Shown: positions 13,583 to 26,471, counted from the first letter of the stretch. The stretch is 64,000 nt of DNA from Octopus sinensis (GCF_006345805.1 NC_043025.1:248001-312000); one strand, 5' to 3'. A program made the numbers and translations. The notes: a model not told the origin generated them from the sequence alone.

Positions 13583-15408
13583 CTGAAATAAACATTTCCA
13601 AGTTTTATACTTCATAGTAAAACTTCTTTATCTTTATGAATAATTCTGTATTTTATTATTGTGAGACATTCATGTAATCAATGGTCAACTGGTGAGTAAT
13701 ATGGCTTTGGTCAGCATTTTTACACTCTCTACCATGGGACCGTGTAATATACCCAATATATAGGTCTACTACTAAATAGACTGACCTTCCTCAATCTCCT
13801 CTCTCTATTAAGACATCCTACATAATCTAACAACATTGCACTTATCTCATTTAATAATCCCTTGTTAACACTGCTAATCTCCTTCTATATTTAATCTAAT
13901 CTATGACATGATTGTCCTCTCATCTCTAGACTTCGCTAATCAACATTCTTCTCGTTTTCTACTTAATTCCATGACAACCAAATTGGTCCTCAAAAATCGG
14001 ACCACAAAACCATGACACATCGTTTCAGGTAGGATAAACATAACCCCGCTCTCTTTTTTAAAGGTCACTGTTGGCAATCTTTAACTTTAACTGACCACAT
14101 CACACTTCACCAGAATATAATCTGATTAAGGAAATATTTGAAAATACTTCGATGTCATTCATTCACCTTAATAAGCGACTTTTTTCAGGTGAGCAATGAT
14201 TAGTTCTACAACGGTGGAGAGGTAAGCGATAACAGGTATCCTGAAACACTGTACTTTTGTACCAAACCTACTTAACTACAAAATAACTGTTCATGTACAC
14301 ATTATTACAAAGGGGTTATATCCAAATTGAGAACAAACAATTTATTCTGAAGAATATATAAACAAAATCGAACTGGAAACATGAAATTTTGCATTGTTTT
14401 TAGTAGTTTTGAATTATCAGTTGTTTTCTGTCCATCTTCAGCTTTGCCATGGTCTCACTGCCCCACCATATATCAGTCAACAAGATAGCGTACCACCATC
14501 TTTAACTTTTGGTTTGTCTTTAACTTTTGGCATGAGTTCTCCTGCCGTTCGTAACTTCCTTGCTCCAGCTGACCTCTCACAAATTATAGACTGTATTACT
14601 TATTTGCTTGAAACCACATTCATGACTAAGTACTTACTCTATCGAGTCTACTAACCAGAACTATTTGCATATCCTTTTAGTCTCTTGTTAGTATTGTTAT
14701 GTCAGCCATGAATATCTTTCTGTTGAGCAATTTCTTCTGGACATTCTGTTAATCTAATTAGCATAACTATAAAGATCACCAACCAACTGATATTGTGCAA
14801 CCTACAGTTATTCCAGATCCAGAACCTGGCAGTCTTTTGTGAAATTCTATCCTATGAAACACATTTTGAAACTGTTATAGCATCTCATCATCAGATCCTT
14901 AATCTCCTCCCATTTATGAAAGAAATTCCTTGTTTCCATCAACAATGTGTGTGGTACAGAACAATAAGCATTAGCCAGATCAAGCCATACTACATCCGAA
15001 TCCCTTTTATTCTTCTTTGCTTTTTATATGGTATCCCAGATTTAAAATACATGTTCTACACACACAGACATTCTCCGGATTCTAGTCTTCTGGATATTTT
15101 CAGTCATATAACTATCCTTTCTTCTTTCAACCCGTCCGATGTCTCTTTGAATGTATTTGATTGTATTGTATCATACAGCCTCTATGAAGTTTGAAGAAAG
15201 GGAAAGAGACAACGGTTTTCTGAGCAGCAAACCAACGTCTTCCACTTGAATAAAGACAATGTTTACTGGATGCAATGATAGATTTATTATCAGTGAAAAA
15301 TATGAGGGTGGTCATATTTGGAACCCATTTCATTGCAAGTCTGCCAGATTATGAGAGACATCAGGTAAAATAACAAGAATATCTTGTCAGTAAACATTTT
15401 AAAAATAC

Positions 15409-15795
15409 AGGCGTAGGAGTGGCTGTGTGGCAAGTATCTTGCTTACGAAGCAGATGGTTCTGGGTTCAGTCCCACTGTGTGGCACCTTGGGCAAGTGTCT
15501 TCTACTATAGCCTCGAGCCAACCAAAGCCCGTCGTATGTATGTTGTATGTATGTATGTATATATGTATGTATGTATATATGTATGTATGTGTGTATGTGT
15601 TTGTCCTCCTAACATTGCTTGACAACCGGTGCTGGTATGTTTCCGTCCCCGTACCATAGCAGTTTGGCTAAAGAGACAGATAGAATAAGTACTAGGCTTA
15701 CAAAGAATAAGTCCTAGGGTCAATTTGGTCGACTAAAAAGGTGGGTCTCCAGCATGGTGACAGACAAATGACTGAACCGAGTAAAAGAGTATAAA
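15409..15795 (+). mobile_element. tRNA-derived SINE (octopus-type) with internal (GTAT)n
   Basis: Head aggcgtaggagtggctgtgtgg...ggttctgggttcagtcccactg (B-box-like GTTCA), body cttgacaaccggtgctgg, tail ctccagcatgg...gactgaa. Multicopy in this window. Confidence 0.85.
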
Positions 15796-16097
15796 ACAAA
15801 CAAAACCTTTGTCATTACCTCACCTGTTAAACCACAACATATATTATTTGGCTGTTCCAAAAGAGAACCTGAAATCTATTTTGCTTCTAATTTATCCATT
15901 TCACCAACCATGCTAACCTGATTGGATACTTTATTAAATGTCAATAGTATCGATATGTTTAATATGATTAGTTTAATGCTAAAACTTCCCATTGACAGGT
16001 AAGAATGGAAGCTGATCTTTATCATTCTGATATCAAAATAGTTCAGCAGAGAATAAACCTTACAGAAATCAATCAAGTGCTGTTATTTTATACTCAC

Positions 16098-16148
16098 CTA
16101 CAGGTTCAGCCAGTGTCTGTGTTTCCTTGACTTCAAATGTTCGATTCA
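16098..16148 (-). CDS. Gene A microexon 10 (51 nt, phase 1-1), linker unit
   Basis: ttcatttcag acceptor and gtgagt donor. Encodes (V)NRTFEVKETQTLAEPV. Confidence 0.72.
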
Positions 16149-17352
16149 CTGAAATGAATATTTCCAAGTTTTAAACATTATAGAAAAATTTCTCTATCTT
16201 TATTAATAATCTATATTTTATATCAGAGATTTCTTTCATAGATAATCAACTGTTGAAGACAATGGTTTTGGTTAGAATGTTTATAGTTTCAACAGGATTA
16301 CCCTGTAATAGTTCAATATTTACACTGCCTTCCAAAATTTCCTTTATCTTTTGAGACAGTCGACATAATCTAACAACTGTGTCATTATTTCATTTAATTA
16401 TCACTTGATAACACCAATCTTTTATTAGGTTTGTCTTTCCTTTCTTATATCTGCACTGAACATATGACGTGAAATTGTGCCCTCACTTCTGCCCTTCTCT
16501 AACCAACATTATTCTCAGCTTTGCTTAATTCCGATGGCAACCAGTTTGGTTATCCATGATCTAACCATAAACACATTACACACACCACTTTAAGTGGTAG
16601 AATGGAAGTGATTCTGAAGACTCTAGGATATTTCTGACAACCCTCTTCTATATATCAACCAAACTTCCGTCTCTGCTTTGATGTCTCCTCAATCAATGCG
16701 GTGCCTTTGAAGGGGCTGAGAACTCAGTTCAATGAAATCTGAGGGGACGAAAATGCTTTATAAAATACATCTAATTAGTGTCAAATACGTATACAGAAAT
16801 GTTCGACAACATAGTGTTTCCTAAGAAATGAAGCAAAAATACAATACCATCAAAACTTACTGAAACATAGGGACTATAATCACGGTTCGTATGGATGTGG
16901 TCTTGTAACAAAGAAACACAGGGTCCTCTTATAGCTCCTGTATATTCTTGTTCACTTCATCTTTATTTCGTTATAATCTGCTGCTCTTAGCGGCTGCAAA
17001 AAGAATCCTAGCACCGTAAGCAGGGTTCTTAAGGAGCTGCTATCTAAAGTGTTCACTATCCTTTCTTCTTTCAACCCGTCCGATGTCTCTTTGAATGTAT
17101 TTGATTGTATTGTATCATACAGCCTCTATGAAGTTTGAAGAAAGGGAAAGAGACAACGGTTTTCTGAGCAGCAAACCAACGTCTTCCACTTGAATAAAGA
17201 CAATGTTTACTGGATGCAATGATAGATTTATTATCAGTGAAAAATAAGAGGGTGGTCATATTTGGAACTCGTTTCATTGTAAGTCTGCCACATTATAAGA
17301 GACATCAGCTAAAATAACAAGAATATCTTGTCAGTAAACATTTTTAAAATAC

Positions 17353-17770
17353 AGGCGTAGGAGTGGCTGTGTGGTAAGTATCTTGCTTACGAACTAGATG
17401 GTTCTGGGTTCAGTCCCACTGTGTGGCACCTTGGGCAAGTGTCTTCTTCTATATCTTCGAGCCAACCAAAGCCTTGTGAGTTGCTTTGGTAGACAGGAAC
17501 TGAAAGAAGCCCGTCGTATGTATGTATGTATGTATGTATGTATGTATGTATGTATGTATGTATGTATGTATGTGTGTATGTGTTTGTCCTCCCAACATTG
17601 CTTGACAACCGGTGCTGGTGTGTTTCCGTCTAGGTAATGCATCGGTTTGGCTAAAGAGTCCGATAGAATAAGTACTAGGCTTAGAAAGAATAAGTCCTAG
17701 GGTCGATTTGCTCGACTAAAAAGGTGTTGCTCCAGCATGGAGACAGTCTGAAACGAGTTAAAGAGTATAA
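17353..17770 (+). mobile_element. tRNA-derived SINE, duplicate of 15409-15795
   Basis: Same head, body and tail at the equivalent position in the second duplication unit. Confidence 0.85.
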
Positions 17771-18071
17771 AACAAACAAAACCTTTGTCATTACCTCACC
17801 TGTTAAACCACAACATATATATTGGCTGTTCCAAAAGAGAACCTGAAATCTATTTTGCTTCTAATTTATCCATTTCACCAACCGTGCTAACCTGATTGGA
17901 TACTTTATGAAACGTCAATAGTATCGATATGTTTAATATGATTAGTTTAATGCTAAAACTTCCCATTGACAGGTAAGAATGGAAGCTGATCTTTATCATT
18001 CTGATATCAAAATAGTTCAGCAGAGAATAAACCTTACAGAAATCAATCAAGTGCTGTTATTTTATACTCAC

Positions 18072-18122
18072 CTACAGGTTCAGCCAATGTCTGTGTTTCC
18101 TTGACTTCAAATGTTCGATTCA
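18072..18122 (-). CDS. Gene A microexon 9 (51 nt, phase 1-1), linker unit
   Basis: Same splice signals as 16098-16148. Encodes (V)NRTFEVKETQTLAEPV with one synonymous difference (ttg vs ctg). Confidence 0.72.
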
Positions 18123-19744
18123 CTGAAATGAATAATTCCAAGTTTTAAACATTATAGAAAAATTTCTCTATCTTTATTAATAATCTATATTTTATATCAG
18201 GTTTTCCTTTCATTGATGATCAACTGTTGAAGACAATAATTTTGGTAAGAATGTTTATAGTTTCAACAGGATTACCCTGTAATAGTTCAATATTTACACT
18301 GCCTTCCAAAATTTTCTTTATCTTTTGAGACATTCGACATAATCTAACAACCGTGTCATTATTTCATTTAATTATCACTTGATAACACCAATCTTTTATT
18401 AGGTTTGTCTTTCCTTTCTTATATCTGCACTAAACATATGACGTGAAATTGTGCCCTCACTTCTGCCCTTCTCTAACCAACATTATTCTCATCTTTGCTT
18501 AATTCCGATGGCAACCAGTTTGGTCATCAATGATCTAACCATTAACACATTACATACACCACTTTAAGTTGTATAAACACTCACACCTGATCTCCTTCTT
18601 AAACATTACTGCAGGTAATGATTAGTTTTCAACTTCCTGCATCACTGTTCACCAGAATGTCAGCTGATGCATGAAATGCTTTAAAACACCTTAATAGAGC
18701 AGTGTTTATAAAGGTGAGTGAAGATTACTTCTACACAGGTGGAACAGAAAATGATAGCAGGTGTCCTCAAAGAGGATACACTTGCACAAACTTCACCCTA
18801 CTACAGGTAACTCTTCATCCTTACATTATAGCAGTGAAAAGATCTGAAATGGTAGAATGGAAGTGATTCTGAAAACTCTAGGATATTTCTGACAACCCTC
18901 TTCTATATATCAACCAAACTTTCATCTCTCCTTTGATGTCCCCTTAATCAATGCGGTGCCTCTGAATGGGCTGAAAACACAGTTCAATCAAAATCTGAGG
19001 GGACAAAATGGACACCTCTGTAGAAATATTTACCTGACAGAAAACGGTCGTCCTGATGTCGTAGTTAACAACATTACAAGGAATATGAAACCCTGCTCAC
19101 ACCCCATTCCACCATCACTGTTTTACCACATTTGTCACTAATGATCATTGACGTCAACTAATTGAAAATGTTTCTAAAATGTTTTATAAAATACATCTAA
19201 TTAGTGTCAAGTACGTATACAGAAATGTTCCACAACATAGTGTTTCCTATGAAATGAATCGAAAACACAATACCATCAAAACTTACTGAAACATAGGAAC
19301 CATAATCACGGTTCGTATGGATGTGGTCTTGTAACCAAGGAAAATTGTAAAATTACAGAGAGTAATAAGGTGTAGAATGTTACTCGAAAGTGCTAAGTTC
19401 TGTTGAGGTTCTACAATTTGAGAAATGATCTACCTATGATAAGAATATTCACAATATACGATACTATATTTAGATGCCTCTGAAACTCGTTCCGGGTGTA
19501 AAAATCGCGTTTTTGACAATTTTCAACTCGCCAGTAAACCATGTGTCGTATTCAACAATGGATCGAAACTTATTCTCCAAGATTGTATACATCTACACTT
19601 TATTCGTTCAAAATCTCAAAGTTTGCTCTTAACTTCTTCATAATTAATTTTATTTTCCAATATGTGCTTTTTAACAAAATTGCACAGTTCTCTGACAACT
19701 TTTATCACCCAAGGTTAAAAAAAGTGACAGGACCAGCAAGTTCG

Positions 19745-20115
19745 GGGAGGGAGTACATTGATTACATCGACCCCAGTACACAACTGGTATTTTCCTTTTG
19801 ACCCTGAAGGGGTGAAAAGGCGAAGTCAACCTCGGCAGAATTTGAGATTAGAACCTAAAGACGGACGAAATGCAGTTAAGTGCATTAACGATTCTGCCAG
19901 GGGTCACCTTATCTATTATTTAATAATATTAAAGCGGCGAACTAGCGGAATCGGTGGCGCGACGAACAAAATGCCGAGTGGCGTTTCGTCCGTCTTCACG
20001 TTCTGAGTTTAAAATTCCACCGAGGTTGTCTTTGCCTTTCATTTTTTCAGGGTAAATAAAATAAGTACCAGTTGTGTACTGGGGTCGATATACTCGCCTC
20101 ATTTCCTCCCCTGAA
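19745..20115. mobile_element. Two SINE copies in head-to-head inverted orientation
   Basis: 19745-19905 (tcgaccccagtacacaactggta...aggcgaagtcaacctcggcagaatttga...gacggacgaaatg) is the approximate reverse complement of 19980-20095 (cgtttcgtccgtc...ccaccgaggttgtctttgcc...taccagttgtgtactggggtcga). Confidence 0.8.
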
Positions 20116-20289
20116 AATGATCACAGAAGATCAATAAAAGGGCAGATATAAGCCGCCTATTTGCTAAAAAGGATCTTATTTTACATAAAAATTTATATTT
20201 TAAATCATATATTTTCATACTGAAATGCTTATGGTATTAAGGTAAAACTCCTAATTACAATTTGAGATGTTATTGATTTATAATTCATT

Positions 20290-21530
20290 GATTACATATT
20301 AACAGACAATTATCTAAATAGATCATTATTATACGTTTTGTATTTTTGATTGTAAAAATAACTAGATATAAACGATGACAACCTCTTCTGGATGAGAGCA
20401 GATCCTCAGGGGCCAGCTTATAAAACCTGGCTCTCTGTCCCAGGTTCTCAAACCAATCAGATAATGTTCTCTTAGGGCACCCGACAAGCATTGCTACAGA
20501 TCGAGGAACGCCGTGGCCGAAGTCATGCGTTGATTGGTGCATGAAATTAATAAATCTTGGTTTTCATCTGAGAGTTCAATGATACAACCAATGTATCAAT
20601 CATTTTCATTCGTGTATCCAACATATTTTCAGGACCTAAACTTTGAAATATCTTGCTTAGATGCTGGCCTCTCCTCACCTAAAAGAGTGAAATTGTCATC
20701 AGCTGATATCGTCTTCGTTAGAAGATCAGATCTTGAAGAAGGGACGAAGCGGTGATGGGATCGTGTGCCAACTAATTTCACTGAGCTGCTGAATCGTGAA
20801 AGTAAGTCGAAGCTGTTTTCATTTCGGATGACATCGGCTGCCGACATGTCAAAGAACATTATCTCTGGAATGCTTGCACATGCTCAGCCATACATCTTGC
20901 AACCTGTGAGAAAATGTCTTTCCGTGGTTACTTGTAGACTTGCTTTTTCAGCAACACATTTCACCATCTCACTGATTCCCTCATATGTCCTTTTTCCACA
21001 TGACATGGCAAAGAAATACGACTCCGCTTCAAGTCCTTGATCATTCTGATGATGACAGAGATTTGTTTGGTGTCTCTAGTTCTTGTATTGGTCGGTTGCA
21101 CCGACACTGAAGTACAGGAGATGGTTTATGAATGGAAGTTCTGTCTTTATATGCGATATCACCCTCGTAATAAAAGCATGCACTATGGTGCTGTCATGTT
21201 TCAAACAATCAGATATAACACAGATTGAAGTGCATTGTGGGTTTGAACCAGTCTTATAACAGATCGCGAATGAATGAATATATTGGCCTGGGAGTTGTTC
21301 CGATGAAACCCTTGCTCCGAATCCTTCACTACAAAACTATAATTTTCTGCCAAGTCTGACAATACTGTTGCTTGATTTGATGTCAGGTCATCTTTCTGAT
21401 GAATAAGGAGACTAGTTTGAGTCTTTGCTATGAAATGGGTTTGATGCAGAGTATCAAACACATTTTCAGCGGTTTGAAGGAAATCATTCACTGGGGAAGT
21501 TAGGCACATCACGGCTACCCAGTCCACATA
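20290..21530 (-). mobile_element. Degenerate DNA-transposon transposase (DDD-type, probably Sola2-like)
   Basis: VLSDLAENYSFVVKDSEQGFHRNNSQA and EAESYFFAMSCGKRTYEGISEMVK resemble the 'DFAENY..QD..Q.FHWNNSQAT' and 'W.FFATSHGK..CDG.GG.VK' motifs as recalled. The family assignment is unverified. Confidence 0.6.
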
Positions 21531-21632
21531 AATTCTCGTTACTAAATCCTCTGAGTCAAAATCACGTGATTAAAATATGTCCAACACTTCAGTCCACTCA
21601 GCTGGCGAAAATATGTAATTTTACAGCGGACT

Positions 21633-22072
21633 AAATCAAAATCAAAATCGATCAACATCAATGGAAATTGTAGCTGTGATACCAGTGCCGGTGGTACGTA
21701 AAAGAACCATCCGAACGTGGCCGTTGCCAGCCTCACCTGGCCCCCGTGCCGGTGGTACGTAAAAGAGCAATCTGGACGTGGCCGTTGCCAGTGCCGCCCG
21801 TCTGACCTCTGTGCCGATGGAACGTAAAAAAGCACCATCCGACCGTGACCGTTTGACAGCCTCCTCTGGCAACTGTGTCGGTGGCACGTAAAAAGCACCC
21901 ACTACACTCACGGAGTGGTTGGCGTTAGGAAGGGCATCCAACCGTAGAAACTTTGCCAGATCAGACTGGGCCTGGTGCAGCCTTCTGGCTTCCCAGACCC
22001 CAGTTGAACCGTCCAACCCATGCTAGCATGGAAAGTGAACGCTAAATAATGATGATGATGAATGATGATGAC
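21633..22072 (+). mobile_element. Solo RTE LINE 3' UTR fragment with (GAT)n tail
   Basis: Homologous to 56900-57594 (aatcaaaatc..., ggcgttaggaagggcatcc, aaccgtccaacccatgctagcatgg, then gatgatgat). Confidence 0.85.
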
Positions 22073-22175
22073 TAGCGTCCTGTTCATGGAAGAATATATA
22101 CCTCGGGGGAACCGGGAAACCAACCCTATGCTTCTTATGGTCTTACATAATTAGGTACAGTTATTTTCTACTCAC

Positions 22176-22226
22176 CAGGTGGTTCTGCTAACATCTGGAC
22201 TTCCGGCTTTGACGACTTTGGACCCT
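22176..22226 (-). CDS. Gene A microexon 8 (51 nt, phase 1-1), linker unit
   Basis: tttatttcag acceptor and gtgagt donor. Encodes (E)GPKSSKPEVQMLAEPP and is phase-compatible with the RING exon. Confidence 0.78.
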
Positions 22227-22811
22227 CTGAAATAAACAATTTCATGTTTTAAACACTGTAGAAAAAGTTCTTTATCATTATTAATAATCGATATTTTATT
22301 ATTGTTAGACAATCCTATCATCATTGGTCAACTGGTGACCATCATGCTTTTGGAGAGCATTTGTATAATTTCTTGAGTATTACTATGTAACGATTCAAAA
22401 TTTAGGTCCACAACAGCATAAACTACACTTAACAACCCTTCTCTGTCTCTTAAGGCATCCAGCAATTCTAACAATTCTGAAATTATCTAATTTAATTATC
22501 ACCTAATAACAACAGATTCTCTCTTGGTGATTTATTGGTATTTAGTCACCATTTATAATTCAGTATTCTTTATAAATTTTATGTTGCAGAAAGTAACCAT
22601 CTTGAAGTGTGACAAGTCTTCTAATTGGACAAGAACAATGTTTAGTGGGAGTAGTGAGAGACATAATATGACAGAGAAAAGACACCTGGAACATCTTTTA
22701 TCAAAAGTGTGCTTGATTAAGTCAGAACTGGATCTACACAACAACATGAAATACAATATTCCACACCATAAAGCCCATGAGACAAACAGACAGATCATAC
22801 AGTATTCTTAC

Positions 22812-22954
22812 CCAAACTATTTTTGCTCGTTATCTTCTGTCCACACGTAGGGCATCGTTTAGGTATCTTTGGGGGACAGCATTTCTTACACAGCGAAAGA
22901 TGTTTACATGGAAAGAACGTCTCTGTGGCCACTTCGTCTTCACAAAACACACAT
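22812..22954 (-). CDS. Gene A exon 7: C3HC4 RING finger (IAP/Mind-bomb-type spacing)
   Basis: Acceptor ttttgttcctcag (phase 2) and donor gtaaga (phase 1). Encodes CVFC-x11-CKH-LSLCKKC-x8-CPTC. Confidence 0.9.
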
Positions 22955-23290
22955 CTGAGGAACAAAAACATGAACACATCCCATTAATAACATTCATTTA
23001 TAACAAATATTACATTGTGTGCATATTTACAGTAGAGAATATTATGCGACACCACAATTAAACAATTACATATGGGCGAATTTGTGTGTATATAAATGCA
23101 GACACAGACACACAGACACAGACACACAGACACGACAGAGATACACACACACACACACACACATACACACACACATATATATATATATAAATGGACACAA
23201 ATATTAATAAGTATATGTCATGCCATTGATACATCACAAAAACTGATTTACGCAAAGTGAACAACATATATTCCAGAAATATAATTCACT

Positions 23291-23325
<35 letters not shown>

Positions 23326-23410
23326 CCGAGTCAGTCGCCATGATAGATTGTTAGCCGCTACACACATTTTTTTCTCTCCTTGTTTCTATCCTTGTTTTTT
23401 TTCCGTGTCC

Positions 23411-23446
23411 CTTTCTGTAGAAGAGCGAAGGCTCGAAACGTAAAAG
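23411..23446 (+). ncRNA. Degenerate minimal hammerhead-like motif (Penelope-type repeat remnant)
   Basis: cttt-CTGTAGA-a-gagc(gaag)gctc-GAAAC-GTA-aaag. Stem I is cttt/aaag and stem II is gagc/gctc. The core deviates from CUGANGA. Confidence 0.4.
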
Positions 23447-23504
23447 ACTTTTTCCATTCCTTCAATACCACCTGTCATCGTCTTTTGTTTTTTTCGTAAA
23501 CTCT

Positions 23505-23566
<62 letters not shown>

Positions 23567-23590
23567 GTGTGTTGTGTGTGTGTGTGTGCG

Positions 23591-23630
<40 letters not shown>

Positions 23631-23633
<3 letters not shown>

Positions 23634-25126
23634 GGGGGGAAATAAATATTCGTGCATGTCAAAATTCTTTATTTATTTAATTCTAATGAACATAAATGGG
23701 ATATACCACTATTATATATTTGCATACAGATGCATAAACTAAGAATATGCAAAAGAAACTAAGAAATTATAGTAACTAAGGAATTTATATACAATTATAA
23801 ATATTTAGGGGTGAAAAAAGTATTCGTACAGAATATAAATAACTGATATTTTTGATTTGATACTTCGTAGCATAACCATTATTCAGTTCCACTTCAACCA
23901 ATATCTTCTTGTAGTTCTTCACCAATGACTCGCATGTTTCTTTAGGAATTTTTCCTATTCTTCTTGACAAATTTTCTTCAAATCTGTAATGCATGTTGGG
24001 GCTCTTGAATTTCAGTTTTCAAATAACGCCACAAATTTTCAATGGGGTTCAAGTCAGGTGACAGGCTTGGCCATTACAATAATTTTATATTGTGATTGAC
24101 AATCCATATTTGGTAGACTTCACCGTGTGCTTAGGGCCGTTACCCTATTGTAAAACCCACCCTTCACAAAGCTGGAGCTTTTCAACAGAGTCCCATAAAT
24201 TATTGTTCAAAATATTTTGGTACATCTCTGCATTCATTCTACCATCTATCACATGTAAATAGCCAGTACCATTTGCAGAGAAACACCCCCACACCTCCAA
24301 TCTTTACGGTAGGAATTGTGTTTTTACTCCAAACATGGGTAAGCGAATTTCGTCCAAACAATTCAATTTTCGTCTCGTCTACCCATAGAACATTTTCCCA
24401 GAATGTATCAGATTTATCTTTATGTTCATAACAAATTTTAAACGGGCATCTCTATGCCTTTTAGTCAACAGAGGAGTTTTTCTAGGAGAGCGTGACTTCA
24501 GTTCATTCCTATGAAAACTCCTTTTTGGTGATTATTGCGTTTTTTTCCGATTCTTCGCTTCATTTTTCTTAAAGATCTTGGGGAAATCTTGCGTGGTGCT
24601 CCGGATCTTATTCTGTTTTCAACAGTTCCCGATTCCTTATATCTTTGAATAAATGAAGATTTGGTAGTAAGCGGAATACAAAGTCTCTCTGATATTTTCC
24701 TGTAACTTTTACCTACTTTCTACAGTTCAATAATTAAGTTTTTCACTGAATTTGTGAGTTCTTTACTTTTCGCCATTATTGCGATATTACTTTATGTTGT
24801 CTCAGTGCTGAATGAAGAAGCTAGTGTTTTGACACTCAAAATGAAAACTGATAAGATTATTGGAATAAACAAGAAATTTCTAGTAAAAAAATATTTTAAC
24901 AGTATTTTGTGGCATAGAAAATCATACATTTATTCTTTACGAATACTTTTTTCACCCCTAAATATTTATAATTGTATATAAATTCATTAGTTACATAATT
25001 TATTAGTTTCTTTTGCATATTCTTAGTTGATGCATGTGTATGTGAATATAGTATTGGTATATCCCTTTTATGTTCATTAGAAATTAAATAAAGAATTTGA
25101 CAGACGAATATTTATCCTCCCCACAG
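23631..25126 (-). mobile_element. Tc1-family DNA transposon with ~200-bp IR/DR terminal repeats and a disrupted transposase
   Basis: TIRs at 23631-23832 and ~24932-25126, each with an inner ggggtgaaaaaagtattcgta repeat. TA on both sides. Minus-strand motifs DETKIELFG, Q*GNGPKHT and WPSLSPDLNPIENLW. Confidence 0.92.
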
Positions 25127-25127
25127 T

Positions 25128-25162
<35 letters not shown>

Positions 25163-25257
25163 ATATATATATATTATATATTATATATATGTATGTATAT
25201 GTATGTATGTATGTATATATATATGTATATATATATATATGTATGTATGTATATATA

Positions 25258-25301
<44 letters not shown>

Positions 25302-25790
25302 ATCTATGTATGCATGTATAAATACGTATGTATGTATGTATCCATGTATGTACACTAATTGTATGTGTTTGTAGGCGATTTTCTCAGGATAGCTCACATG
25401 GACATGACTGGCTGGGACAGAGAAGACAGAGGGACAATCTGTTGGTAGAGAGATGAATTCCATCACTTCACTATTTACTTCTACATTTCCTCATTGGTCC
25501 CAAATCTTTAAAATAGGGAACTGAGAGGGGTGGGTGGGGATTTTAGGAGAGGTATAAAAGTCAACACAACCAATCATTTGAATGTAATCAAAATAATGTT
25601 CTTTCTTTTAATTATCTTAACATCTGCATATTGTTTATTGTTCTTCTTACTGCTGTTGTCTAACCTTTCCTTAAGCCACTAAGACAGTATAATGTATCAG
25701 TAGAATTAAAACAATATAAACATATAAACACGGTTATATACAAAACAGAAAATGTAATGGTTTATCTTGTCATTGCCAGTGAATACTTAC

Positions 25791-25969
25791 TGCGTTGGTC
25801 GGAATAACATATTTAACGTCTTTTTAAAATTTTCCTTTTCTATTAGGTCCAATGGTGTTCTACCACATTTGTTTTTACAGTAAAAGTTGGCCCCGTGGTG
25901 GGCTAGGTAGCAAGCAACTACCACATCAGAGTACCTTTTTTTCTTTCCCAGTTTCAGATCTTTTAAGTA
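25791..25969 (-). CDS. Gene A exon 6: degenerate or capping ankyrin region
   Basis: Encodes YLKDLKLGKKKRYSDVVVACYLAHHGANFYCKNKCGRTPLDLIEKENFKKTLNMLFRPT(Q). Phase 0 to 2, donor gtaagt. The acceptor (catttgaag) is the least certain boundary in the gene. Confidence 0.85.
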
Positions 25970-26471
25970 CTTCAAATGATGAAATATAAAATGATGAGTT
26001 AAAGATTACACAAACATATACTAAAGATGCCCCAAATTACACAACAGTTCAACTACATTTACACATAGTTTGTTTCCCCAGTGATTAAACTATTCACACA
26101 GCGTTGATTTCTTACATCATCTCTTAGTTGAGTCCACTTTTCATTATCATTTGTTTTACTTTACGTTCTACATTAAGACAAAAATTATGATCATTATATT
26201 GAACAAAACGCACATTAGTGGTCAACGTTATTGCTTAACAATGATATTTAATGAGTAAATATTTACTTGCCAATCACAAATGTCACAAACTATTCAATAA
26301 AAACACAATATAAAGTTATTATAACATCAAGTCAAATATACACAATATAAGGACAGAAATGTCACAATAATGAAAGACAACAACCAACAAGAACCTATCT
26401 CTACAACTGGCTTGATAAAGCCAAATGGCCACAGCAAGAGAAATACTTACGGAAGAGTATTGTACATATAA

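Larger units (their letters stand above)
15111..19334. repeat. Recent tandem segmental duplication (copy 1 15111-16908, copy 2 17055-19334), each with a SINE and a microexon
   Basis: Near-identical sequence at an initial offset of 1944 bp. The ORF track lists twin ORFs (15127/17071 and 15876/17850). Copy 1 lacks two internal segments present in copy 2. Confidence 0.95.

Noticed and set aside
15409-15480. tRNA genes at SINE heads (also 10335-10385, 17353, 58188 and 58619)
   Set aside because: Only A/B-box-like remnants with no cloverleaf, each continuing into SINE body sequence.
11011-17840. Additional cryptic exons ending in CAG|GTGAG at ~11015, ~15820 and ~17795
   Set aside because: Acceptors are weak. 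The 11015 candidate has an in-frame stop, and the twin candidates are 45 vs 43 nt (frame not conserved), unlike the true 51-nt exons.
22553-22798. 81-aa Cys-rich hydrophobic ORF downstream of the RING exon
   Set aside because: It lies just after a strong gtaaga donor, in a different frame from the RING. Treated as intron.
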